In this document: positions 28,331 through 37,073 of the stretch, in pieces
Numbering within the stretch: position 1 is the first letter of the stretch
Layout: each line of letters opens with the position of its first letter
Origin: a virus
IMG/VR virus record: IMGVR_UViG_3300031485_000046
DNA: 64,000 nt
Strand: one strand, 5' to 3'
The notes under the pieces: model-generated
What the model was told of the DNA's origin: nothing
Databases searched by the model: none
What the model saw: the letters and a program-made list of their open reading frames with translations, nothing else
Translations under genes and position numbers: made by a program

Positions 28331-29565
28331 AGACAATATCAGAGGAATATATTCGCCTTAATTCTGAGGTACACAACCAGCGGAGAGGGTACGGTAATTC
28401 AGCCAATCGGTTTGCTAAGGACATTGGGCTTGTTTTGCATCAGTTCCACACAATGTCTTTTCTGGATTATGGATGCGGAAAAGAATCTTTGATCCGTTGT
28501 ATTACGAAGGACTATCCGTATCTTGCCCAGAGAGCAAAGTATGGAGCATACGATCCAGCTATACCGCACCGGTCCGTTAAGCCGGAAGAGCAGTATGATA
28601 TGGTTATTTCTACAGATGTTCTTGAACACATTGAACCTGAATATCTGTCAGCCGTGCTGGAAGAGATCAAAGGATATGCTAAAAAAGGCGTCTATCTGAA
28701 TATCTGTATGCGACCGTCAGGAGATATTCTACCTGATGGTCGAAATGCCCATCTGATCGTTAAAGATGCCCCGTGGTGGCGTGAAACACTATCCAAAGCG
28801 TTTGAAGGATGGGCACTGGAAGAACGGGATGTACTTGACTCTTGGCGCAATTATACAGTAGTATTGACACCACCTAAGATTCAAAAGCCATTAAATATCG
28901 TCTGTTTCTACTGGAAAGGTACGAGTAATCGGTACCCAGGATGGGACGATGTGGATTTGGCAAAGATTTATGTCAACAATCTGTATAATGGCGTCCGTCG
29001 AAATTTGAACAAGGATTACAAGTTCATCTTGTTTTCCAATGATATTGAAGATGGGCTGGATCCACATGTAGAGATACGAAAGTTCCAGCCTATCTCGTGG
29101 ACAGGGTGCAATCCTAAGTTGTATGTGCATAGCCCAGATGCAGGATTAGAGGGAAGGGTGCTTACGTTTGATATGGATACTATCATCGTAGGAGACCTTA
29201 CTAATTTTGCAGAATACGATGGGGCTTTCACTACACGGATGGAACCTGACCGAAGAAGAGTAACAGCAGGAGACCTGCTAGGATTTGAAGCAGGTGAAAC
29301 GTACCAGTTATGGGAGAATTATAAGAATATCTCCAAGTATGCTGAAAAGTATCAAGGAGATGAAAGGGAGATCTACAAACTTCTTTGGAAACATTTGCTG
29401 TACTGGCAAGAAGAAATACCCGGGCAGTTGGTTTCTTATAAAGGTGATGTTCGTCCTAATCAGAACAGACTGCCTAGAAATGCAAGAATTGTAAGTGCGC
29501 ACGGTAAGCCTCGTCCGCATGAGATCAATGCGGAATGGATTAAATCGTGTTGGTGGGGAAAATGA
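28327..29565 (+). CDS. class I SAM-dependent methyltransferase fused to a DxD-containing transferase-like domain
   Basis: 412 aa; MTase motif I 'FLDYGCGKES', motif II 'DMVISTDVLEHIEPE'; C-terminal 'LTFDMDTIIVGD' DxD-like region. Confidence 0.55.
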   Translation: MKTISEEYIRLNSEVHNQRRGYGNSANRFAKDIGLVLHQFHTMSFLDYGCGKESLIRCITKDYPYLAQRAKYGAYDPAIPHRSVKPEEQYDMVISTDVLEHIEPEYLSAVLEEIKGYAKKGVYLNICMRPSGDILPDGRNAHLIVKDAPWWRETLSKAFEGWALEERDVLDSWRNYTVVLTPPKIQKPLNIVCFYWKGTSNRYPGWDDVDLAKIYVNNLYNGVRRNLNKDYKFILFSNDIEDGLDPHVEIRKFQPISWTGCNPKLYVHSPDAGLEGRVLTFDMDTIIVGDLTNFAEYDGAFTTRMEPDRRRVTAGDLLGFEAGETYQLWENYKNISKYAEKYQGDEREIYKLLWKHLLYWQEEIPGQLVSYKGDVRPNQNRLPRNARIVSAHGKPRPHEINAEWIKSCWWGK

Positions 29566-30278
29566 AACCGTATGTAGAATCTCCCATTATCATAACAGGT
29601 TGTCCACGAAGCGGAACTAGCATCATTTCTGGGATGTTAGAAATATGTGGTGCATTTGCAGGAACTATTCCACAGCCTACGAAACACGAAACAAGAGGCA
29701 TGGGAGAGAATCGGGTTATATATGAGGATGTTGTTAAACCGTATATTCAGAGTTTGCAAGCGGATCCATCTGGACAATGGCCATTGATGGATTCTGAAAA
29801 ACTGATGATTCCTATCGACTGGGAATCAATGATTTCAGACGCCTTGCACAAGGATGGCTATATGGGAGGCAAATGGCTATATAAGAGTAATACTGCGGCT
29901 CTTATGTGGAAAGTGTGGTCCTACGCCTATCCTAGCGCCAAATGGGTCCTAGTACGCAGGCGTACAGGTGACATAGTTTCTTCATGTTTGCAGACCTCGT
30001 ATATGAAAGCATTCAAAAATCCTGCATATCGTAAGGAAATTGGAGCGGAAACAGAATCAGAAGCATGGATCCATTGGGTACATAAGTATGAAGAAGCCTT
30101 TGTAGGGATGTTGACTGCGGGAGTTAATTGTAAGGTTGTCTGGCCGGAAAGATTCGTAAGAAACGATTATCAACAGTTGTATGAAGTAATTGAATGGGTA
30201 GGGCTTGAATGGAAATCTTCTGTAGCAGATTATCTAGACCCAAAGCTATGGAAGAATGAACGGAAGGAGGAGTGCTGA
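29562..30278 (+). CDS. sulfotransferase (PAPS-dependent type)
   Basis: ATG 29562 overlapping upstream stop (ATGA); 5'-PSB-like 'IIITGCPRSGTS' and 3'-PB-like 'VRRRTGDIVSS'. Confidence 0.6.
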   Translation: MKPYVESPIIITGCPRSGTSIISGMLEICGAFAGTIPQPTKHETRGMGENRVIYEDVVKPYIQSLQADPSGQWPLMDSEKLMIPIDWESMISDALHKDGYMGGKWLYKSNTAALMWKVWSYAYPSAKWVLVRRRTGDIVSSCLQTSYMKAFKNPAYRKEIGAETESEAWIHWVHKYEEAFVGMLTAGVNCKVVWPERFVRNDYQQLYEVIEWVGLEWKSSVADYLDPKLWKNERKEEC

Positions 30279-30646
30279 TGGCTAGAGTAACTCCAGCGGA
30301 AGTAAAATTGATCCTTCCTGATTCTGAACTGACAGATCCTACGATCACTGCGTTTATCACCAGTGCGAATAATCTGGTAAATGCAGTGCTTACGGATTAC
30401 TTGACGGAGCCGTTGCTTACCGAAGTAGAAAAATGGCTGACCGCGCACATGATTGCTTCTACAGTTGAGAGAATGGCAACTAGGGAAGGTGCCGGCGGTG
30501 CAGAAATTTACTACACGGGTAAGTACGGACAGAATCTAACATCCACACCATACGGCCAGATGGTGCTGTCGTTAGATCCATCAGGAAGAATGGCGGCTCT
30601 CGGTGGCAAGACTGTCACCATGATTGCCATTAAGAATTTTGATTGA
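30278..30646 (+). CDS. putative head-tail connector/adaptor protein
   Basis: ATG 30278 with SD GGAAGGAGG 6 nt upstream; ~122 aa; first of four small genes preceding major tail gene. Confidence 0.5.
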   Translation: MARVTPAEVKLILPDSELTDPTITAFITSANNLVNAVLTDYLTEPLLTEVEKWLTAHMIASTVERMATREGAGGAEIYYTGKYGQNLTSTPYGQMVLSLDPSGRMAALGGKTVTMIAIKNFD

Positions 30647-31029
30647 TGGTTAGCGGGCTTATCAAGTTCATAAAAAAAGTGTGTGTTCAGCCTGCCGTTT
30701 ATTGGGGTGCTCCGAAGCCCGATGGATTTGGCGGAATGACATACGGCACTCCCGTAGAAATAAAATGTAGGTGGACAGATAAAGTGCAGGTAATAAAGTG
30801 GCAAAGTGCATACGTACCGACAAGTAATGAATTTATTTCTTATGCGGAAATACTGTTGTATTATGATGTGGAGCTTCAAGGTGTGTTATGGCTTGGTTCT
30901 CTTACATCCTTGTCTACCACACAAAAAGCCGCTCCACTTACAATACCTGGCGCACGGGAAATAAAGACATTGGAACGGGTTCCTTTGTTCAGATCGTCTA
31001 CGGAATTCGTAAAGAAGGTGTATCTGTAA
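30643..31029 (+). CDS. putative head-tail joining protein
   Basis: 128 aa, overlapping stop/start with neighbours. Confidence 0.5.
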   Translation: MMVSGLIKFIKKVCVQPAVYWGAPKPDGFGGMTYGTPVEIKCRWTDKVQVIKWQSAYVPTSNEFISYAEILLYYDVELQGVLWLGSLTSLSTTQKAAPLTIPGAREIKTLERVPLFRSSTEFVKKVYL

Positions 31030-31523
31030 TGGCATACGCGGTATGGAATGGTTTGCCAAAAGTGATTCAAAATCTAAATGCACAGATAATGAAAATTCAG
31101 GGACGAACACTACTTGGATTGATACGTGGTGCATCAATTATCAAAGATACGATGGATTCTATGCCTCCTGTTATACCTGTTGATACAGGAAATATGCGCC
31201 ATAGTTGGTTTGTTGTCACGAACAATGGTGGTGTTCGAGCTGGAAAGAATCCTAGTTTTCTGCCGGGTCCGCATAATGATCGAGATGTTGCAAAGCTAAA
31301 GAGTGACCACGCTAAGGCGATTTCAGTATCCGCTTCTATGATTAAAGGCAAAGAACCGGCGGTAGCATTAGGTTTTTCTGCCTATTATACGATGTGGGTA
31401 CATGAAAACGTAGGCGCACATTTTACAAAACCGGGTTCTGGTGCTAAGTTTTTTGAAGCAGGAATAAAAAATAGTACCAAACGAGTATTGATGGTGATAC
31501 AATCGGAGGCGAAAATACGATGA
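31029..31523 (+). CDS. putative neck/tail completion protein
   Basis: ATG 31029 overlapping upstream TAA (track ORF 30888..31523 uses an upstream in-frame start); ~164 aa. Confidence 0.5.
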   Translation: MAYAVWNGLPKVIQNLNAQIMKIQGRTLLGLIRGASIIKDTMDSMPPVIPVDTGNMRHSWFVVTNNGGVRAGKNPSFLPGPHNDRDVAKLKSDHAKAISVSASMIKGKEPAVALGFSAYYTMWVHENVGAHFTKPGSGAKFFEAGIKNSTKRVLMVIQSEAKIR

Positions 31524-31957
31524 ATGCTCCTTCTATTGATATAAAGGATATTTTAGCGTATATTCCTCCTTCCGAATCATCTAGTGGATACGATCCTGTT
31601 AATGAGTTTGGATTAACATTCGGATCAAATTTATTTGTAGGACGAGAGCCTGCACAACCAGACGAAACAGTTACAATTTTCGACGTTGTAGGATGGGAGC
31701 CTCAGCTTACCTTTAACAAAGAAGAGATATATGAGTACCCGGCTGTTCAAGTAAGAGTTCGTTCCAGATCGTATGTCACTGGTTGGAATCTTCTTGAACA
31801 GATTGTACGGAGGTTGCACGGAATTGCTCAGGAAACATGGAATGGGACATTGTATAGTGTAGTGCGGTGTTCCAGAGCACCGATGCTCTTGGATTGGGAT
31901 GAAAATGCAAGAGTGCGGTTAATTGCTAGTTTTGAAATTCAAAGGAGGAGTGCTTAA
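31520..31957 (+). CDS. putative tail terminator/completion protein
   Basis: 145 aa, immediately upstream of major tail gene. Confidence 0.5.
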   Translation: MNAPSIDIKDILAYIPPSESSSGYDPVNEFGLTFGSNLFVGREPAQPDETVTIFDVVGWEPQLTFNKEEIYEYPAVQVRVRSRSYVTGWNLLEQIVRRLHGIAQETWNGTLYSVVRCSRAPMLLDWDENARVRLIASFEIQRRSA

Positions 31958-31958
31958 T

Positions 31959-32393
31959 ATGGCAATTGCTGGTGTTGGAACAGTATTCAACCGTTGGGAC
32001 CCTACAGCGGGATCGTCGGGCGGATGGAAAAGAATTGCGGAGATTAACAATATCACTGGCCCGGGTATGTCGAGGGATACGATTGATACATCCACCCTTG
32101 ATACTGAGGGCGGATATCGGACATTCATCACAGGATTCAGAAATGCAGGCACCATGACCCTTGCGATGAATTTTACTCAGGCAACCTATCTTCAGATGAA
32201 GGCAGATTTTGAGAGTAATGATCCTGTTTCTTATCAGGTCATTCTTCCGGATGATGAAGAAACTGTGATCGAATTCGATGGACTTGTTACTGAAATTCCG
32301 TTGACGATTCCTACGGATGACAAGATTACTGCGGATGTTACGATTCAGATCAGCGGCCCTGTTGATGTATTCAAGGGCAGTAGTGGAATGTAA
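31959..32393 (+). CDS. major tail protein
   Basis: ATG 31959 with SD AAAGGAGGAG (track begins 31923); ~144 aa; precedes chaperone/frameshift/tape-measure trio. Confidence 0.6.
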   Translation: MAIAGVGTVFNRWDPTAGSSGGWKRIAEINNITGPGMSRDTIDTSTLDTEGGYRTFITGFRNAGTMTLAMNFTQATYLQMKADFESNDPVSYQVILPDDEETVIEFDGLVTEIPLTIPTDDKITADVTIQISGPVDVFKGSSGM

Positions 32394-32412
32394 TTAAGAG
32401 AGGAGCCTAATC

Positions 32413-32835
32413 ATGGCATTTTTGAACAGGGAAGAACTTCTGAAAAAAGCACCGTTTAGGGTGGAACGAGTAGATTTTCCTAATGGGGATTTTGTGTTCG
32501 TTCGCCAAATGTCTTCTAAGATGAAAGATCAGCTAGAAAATTCGGTTCTTAGGCGTAGTATTGACAAGAACGGACAGGTACAGTTTGAACAGGATCTTTC
32601 AGGATTCAATGCAAAAGTAGCGGCACTTTCTCTTTGTGATGAAGAAGGTAATCTGCTTCTTTCTTTGAAGGATGCAGACCTGCTTGCAGAGAACAAACCC
32701 GCAGAAATGATTGATACCATTTCTCTTAAAGCAGGTGAACTGAACGGCATTTCTGTCAATGCGAAAGAGGAAGCAGTAAAAAACTCCGAGAGCGGCACAC
32801 CCGAAGATTCCTCTTCAGGTTGTGTCGAGAATTAG
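32413..32835 (+). CDS. tail assembly chaperone (gpG-like, zero-frame product)
   Basis: 140 aa, acidic; SD AGAGAGGAG; contains A_AAA_AAC slippery heptamer near 3' end; precedes tape measure. Confidence 0.7.
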   Translation: MAFLNREELLKKAPFRVERVDFPNGDFVFVRQMSSKMKDQLENSVLRRSIDKNGQVQFEQDLSGFNAKVAALSLCDEEGNLLLSLKDADLLAENKPAEMIDTISLKAGELNGISVNAKEEAVKNSESGTPEDSSSGCVEN

Positions 32836-33185
32836 GATACACACACCCTAACGATCTGCTGGAATGCCTCTCACTTGAGGAACTCCAAGAATGGGAGGCA
32901 TTCGATTCCTTAGAGCCTGTGGGAAGATTAGAAGAACGAATGGAATATATGTTTGGGATGGTTTGCGCAGTTATCACAAACAATATTGCCGCCATATTCG
33001 GTAAGAAGGGTTCTAATCAGACTACAGTAACTCCAGCAGATTTCATGCCTAAATGGGGTGTGTTCCCTGAAGAAGTAAAAAAGGAAAAACAGATACAATC
33101 TGTTGAGGAAATGAAACAAATACTGCTTTCTATGGCTAAAGTACAGAATACCAAACATCCTAGAGAAAGGAGGCGAAGAAAATAA
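32413..33185 (+). CDS. tail assembly chaperone frameshift fusion product (gpGT-like)
   Basis: Joins 32413..32781 (frame 1) to 32784..33185 (frame 0) via -1 slip; both frames verified open. Confidence 0.6.
32778..32784 (+). other. -1 programmed ribosomal frameshift slippery heptamer A_AAA_AAC
   Basis: Zero-frame codons GTA AAA AAC (V K N) verified against ORF translation; -1 frame open from 32784 through track ORF 32820..33185, ending 1 nt before the tape-measure ATG. Confidence 0.7.
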
Positions 33186-35819
33186 ATGGCGATAGGTGGT
33201 ACTGCTAGTCTTGGAACACTTGTTACCACACTTGGTGTTAATTCAAAACCACTGTTGACTGCGGAAAAGCAGGTAGCCACATTTGCTAATAGAACGAATA
33301 CGTTGATGGCGTCTGTCCGTAGGACAATGATGACCGTATTCGCTACTGTTGGTGTGGGCCGTCTTGCTAAAGGATTTCTTGATGCCGCCGTATCTGTGGA
33401 AAATTACAAAGTATCTTTGAACGCCGTTATCAAGGACGCACAAAAAACGGAAGCTGTATTCCAAGACCTTTTCAAATGGGCGTCCATCAATCCTATTGAT
33501 ACGGATGATGCTATTAAATCATTTGTTCGTCTGAAAACAGCTGGTGTGGAAAATACAAAAGCCGCTGTTGTCGCCGCGGCAGATGCGGCAACAGTTATGC
33601 AGAAACCTGTTGAATACGTAGCAAATGCGATGGTTTCTACGAATAATAAGATGCTTCGGCAGATAGGTGTACAGCTTGACCGTACAGGTAAAACAGCTAT
33701 TATCCGAAGTGGTAAAGTACGAATTGAAGTTGAAAAAGATATAGACAAGATCCGTCAAGGCATTATCGAGGTTCTTCAAAAGAATTTCGGTGGTGCGATG
33801 GATGCTTTCAAAAATACCTGGAGAGGTTCTCTGAATACCATGAAAGGTCTTTGGTGGACTTTCATGGCGGAAGTTATGGGAACAAACAATTCAGGAGGTC
33901 CTTATGAAACATTGGTCAAAGGGATAAACAGGGTTCGGGATGCTTGGATAGAATGGAGAGAAACTACGGATTATACAGAATTTGTAGCAAATACCCAAGC
34001 AGTATTTTCAGCCATGATTGATGGGATGATAAAGGGTATTGAGATGTTAGTAAAAGGGTTTAAGTGGTTGCTTGATAATCTAGAGATGGTAAAAACAGCG
34101 ATTATTGTACTTGCAAGTGCGAGAGTGATGGGGCTTCTTATCCGTTCCTTTGCTCTCCTTCGTACTGAATTAATTGCAGGAAGTGCAGCCACTTCGTTAT
34201 TTATGAAGGCGATATATGCGCTCAGGCTTGCATTTCTTGAACTACGCACGGCAAATACAATTTTAGGAGGGCTAAAAGGGGCACTTGCCGCTTTGGGGCT
34301 AGGGCCGGGTGGTTTGTTAATCGGAGCAATCGGTGGTTTGGTACTCCTTGCGGAAAATTTGAAACCTCCGTTCCAAGTTGCGTATGATGAGATTCGCAGA
34401 TTCAAGCAGGAATTACGCACCATCCCTGTAGACAAGATTAAGGAGATTGTTGATCTTAGTTATTCCATGGGTGGGTTTGGGATGGGGGGAAATTATAAAG
34501 CCTCCATAGCGCAAGCAGTACAAAATGAAACAGGTAGAACATTGGCTGAAATAAAAACACAAGCTGGTAAAATGAAAGCTATGTGGAATTACATGAAGCA
34601 AAAAGGGTATGGGGATAAGATATATGTAGAGCCAGAAACAACAGATCAACCTAGTATGGGCGGCGGTGAATCTAAGTATAAAAAACTCATCCAGCAAATG
34701 AAGGATGAGGCAAAATATCTTGGTGCAAACGTACAAGCCTTTCTTCCTATACTGGATCAATGGGCATCTAAGATGAAACCTCTTTCTGAGGATTGGAAGC
34801 TGATTAAAGATTATGCTGTGGAAATAAGAACAGGAATGGCTAAAGAAGCTGGGAAAGAAGCCGCTGATACAATGAAACGGCTGGAAGAGCAAATAAAATT
34901 GCAAAAGGAAGCGAGAGAAGCGGCGGAACAAGGAGTAGAAAAGTTCTGGAGCACCGCGGCTAATGGATTTTCGCAAGGACTTATTAAAGGTCAAGAGTAT
35001 TTCCAGATGCTCACAAATGAATTTGAAAAATTGAAAGAAGCGGTAAATGCAGAAGCCGGTGGGTTTTTGAATATGGAAGATATATTCAATTGGACTGAAC
35101 CGATGTGGACTATATTTTCTGAATTGCAGAGTGTGGGAGGACATCTTGCTAATCTTGACCTTACTAGGCTCAACGAGCAGTTGGAAAAAGGGGTTCTTTC
35201 TCAAAAAGAGTGGAATGCGGCCGTACAGGAATTACTCGACAAATACTCCGCGCTTCCTTCTGTCGTGGAACAAGTAAACAACGCTCAGCAAAACACAAAG
35301 AAGACCTCCGACGAGTTCGGAATAAGCGCAAAACTCTGGGCGAACGACCTCTCACAAGGACTTGCACAAGCCATTGTCAACGCCGAAGACCTGGGTGACG
35401 CGCTGCGGAATATTGCCAAGTCCATAGCAGGGAGTTTTTTACAAAAGCTCATCGGTGGATGGATCGGCGGTTTATTCGCCGACGGCGCGGCCTTTCAAGG
35501 CGGGAGCGTCATCCCGTTCGCAAAAGGTGGTATCGTGGGCCGCCCGACAATCTTCCCTATGGCTCGCGGCATGGGCTTGATGGGGGAAGCTGGCCCGGAG
35601 GCGGTCATGCCGTTGACACGGACAGCAGGGGGCGAGCTTGGCGTTAAGGCAGAGGGTAACGGCAGCGGCGAGATGAATATCACCATGAATATCAACGCCG
35701 TTGATAGCCGCTCCTTCGTGGAGATGATGCGGTCGAACAGGGCGAGCGTTGAAAGCATCGTTGTGGAAAATATTATGAAAAACGGGGCTGTTAGGAGTGC
35801 TATGAGGGGGATGGCGTAA
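33186..35819 (+). CDS. tail tape measure protein
   Basis: 877 aa, alpha-helical/Gly-rich; lambda gpH-like C-terminus 'GGSVIPFAKGGIVGRPTIFPMARGMGLMGEAGPEAVMPLTR'; composition shifts AT-rich to GC-rich near 35200. Confidence 0.85.
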   Translation: MAIGGTASLGTLVTTLGVNSKPLLTAEKQVATFANRTNTLMASVRRTMMTVFATVGVGRLAKGFLDAAVSVENYKVSLNAVIKDAQKTEAVFQDLFKWASINPIDTDDAIKSFVRLKTAGVENTKAAVVAAADAATVMQKPVEYVANAMVSTNNKMLRQIGVQLDRTGKTAIIRSGKVRIEVEKDIDKIRQGIIEVLQKNFGGAMDAFKNTWRGSLNTMKGLWWTFMAEVMGTNNSGGPYETLVKGINRVRDAWIEWRETTDYTEFVANTQAVFSAMIDGMIKGIEMLVKGFKWLLDNLEMVKTAIIVLASARVMGLLIRSFALLRTELIAGSAATSLFMKAIYALRLAFLELRTANTILGGLKGALAALGLGPGGLLIGAIGGLVLLAENLKPPFQVAYDEIRRFKQELRTIPVDKIKEIVDLSYSMGGFGMGGNYKASIAQAVQNETGRTLAEIKTQAGKMKAMWNYMKQKGYGDKIYVEPETTDQPSMGGGESKYKKLIQQMKDEAKYLGANVQAFLPILDQWASKMKPLSEDWKLIKDYAVEIRTGMAKEAGKEAADTMKRLEEQIKLQKEAREAAEQGVEKFWSTAANGFSQGLIKGQEYFQMLTNEFEKLKEAVNAEAGGFLNMEDIFNWTEPMWTIFSELQSVGGHLANLDLTRLNEQLEKGVLSQKEWNAAVQELLDKYSALPSVVEQVNNAQQNTKKTSDEFGISAKLWANDLSQGLAQAIVNAEDLGDALRNIAKSIAGSFLQKLIGGWIGGLFADGAAFQGGSVIPFAKGGIVGRPTIFPMARGMGLMGEAGPEAVMPLTRTAGGELGVKAEGNGSGEMNITMNINAVDSRSFVEMMRSNRASVESIVVENIMKNGAVRSAMRGMA

Positions 35820-36151
35820 TGGCAGAGACATTTTCCTATTCGCCTCTCTATGCGTATCAAAGAGGATTAAATCATAATGTCCTGATAACGGAGTTTGAAT
35901 CAGGAAAAGAGCAACGTAAGTATTTAGGAGTTCGTGCTAGGACGTGGACACTCGGATTCCGAGCCGACGTTGCTACCATCCAGGGAATCGAGGATTTCTA
36001 CAATGCCCGTGGTGGTAATTACGAGGCGTTCAACTGGACACCTCCGGGAGGAAGCGCCATTTCCGTCCGGTTTGAGGAAGGGAGCCTGTCGGTCAGTTAT
36101 TACGGCTCTCAGTACGGCGAATGTGAAGTCACATTGAGGGAGATATTATGA
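35819..36151 (+). CDS. minor tail protein, lambda gpM-like
   Basis: 110 aa; 'FYNARGGNYEAFNWTPP' matches lambda M 'FLEEHGGWKSFLWTPP' pattern (from memory). Confidence 0.65.
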   Translation: MAETFSYSPLYAYQRGLNHNVLITEFESGKEQRKYLGVRARTWTLGFRADVATIQGIEDFYNARGGNYEAFNWTPPGGSAISVRFEEGSLSVSYYGSQYGECEVTLREIL

Positions 36152-36690
36152 GCAGGGCAGGAGCGGCATATATAGCAGAATCGGCGAATGACGAACTGAA
36201 GCCTATCCTGCTGGTGCGTGCGCTGGATATTCCACAGGTGCTCAATCCTTCGGTCAAGGTCAGTCTGTATTTGACCAATGCGCAAACGGACATATCCTTT
36301 TTTGACGAGAATGATAACACCCAATTGTACACTGCATGCGCCCTGTCCTATGACCAGGTGCAGGCGTCCACGGATAATGAGATCGGCACGGTAAACGTGC
36401 GGCTGGACAACGTATCAGGGACGTTTACCAGCCTTGCGAAGGACTACCTTTTACGCGGCGTGAGAATGCATCTGCTGGAGGCGTTCCAGGATACGTTATT
36501 GTCTCCTGCCGGGGCGCGGTGGATATTCCAGGGACATCTCGAAAAAGCGATTATAGGGATGTCAGCCATCGAGGTGATGGTCAAGGCGGATTTTTCTCTT
36601 TCGACGCGGGTTCCTCGCAGGCTCTACTGGGTGAAGGACTTCCCGCATCTCCCGTCTGCGAAAGACCCGCGGACGCTGGCGCTGAAATGA
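36148..36690 (+). CDS. minor tail protein, lambda gpL-like
   Basis: 180 aa between M-like and K-like genes; assignment mainly by synteny. Confidence 0.5.
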   Translation: MSRAGAAYIAESANDELKPILLVRALDIPQVLNPSVKVSLYLTNAQTDISFFDENDNTQLYTACALSYDQVQASTDNEIGTVNVRLDNVSGTFTSLAKDYLLRGVRMHLLEAFQDTLLSPAGARWIFQGHLEKAIIGMSAIEVMVKADFSLSTRVPRRLYWVKDFPHLPSAKDPRTLALK

Positions 36691-37073
36691 TCGGTATTCC
36701 GTGGAAGACGAAAGGGCGGGACCGGGACGGGATTGACTGCGTCGGTCTAGCCCTTCTCGCGCAAAAGGAGCTGTACGGGCGGGAGTATGACTTCCCATTT
36801 GACTACGACCCGGAGACGGGGGATGAGCGCGTTTTGCTCGACTGGCTGGAAGACATAGCTGATGAAGTGGACATACCGCAGAATGGAGACCTGGTGATTT
36901 ATCGGATGCCGGGAATTGACGGGATTGTAAAACATCACATCGGTACGGTCGTTGGCGAGGCATTGTTGCACATTTATCCGGGGAAGAGTTCTCGGAAGGT
37001 GAAAATCAGGATGAAACGGATCTACAAAATCTACCGGGCGAAGGAGGTGGAGACATGCCGGGAGCGGCAATAG
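36687..37073 (+). CDS. tail assembly protein with NlpC/P60 peptidase domain (lambda gpK-like)
   Basis: Start at ATG 36687 (ATGA overlap; track ORF begins upstream at 36519); Cys-His-His triad context 'DCVGL', 'KHHIGTV', 'LLHIYPG'. Confidence 0.65.
   Translation: MIGIPWKTKGRDRDGIDCVGLALLAQKELYGREYDFPFDYDPETGDERVLLDWLEDIADEVDIPQNGDLVIYRMPGIDGIVKHHIGTVVGEALLHIYPGKSSRKVKIRMKRIYKIYRAKEVETCRERQ

Noticed and set aside
34413-35204. 263-aa minus-strand ORF antisense to the tape measure gene; similarly 24166..25227 and 22565..23188 antisense to head genes
   Set aside because: They are fully embedded antisense to strongly supported structural genes, with low-complexity translations.
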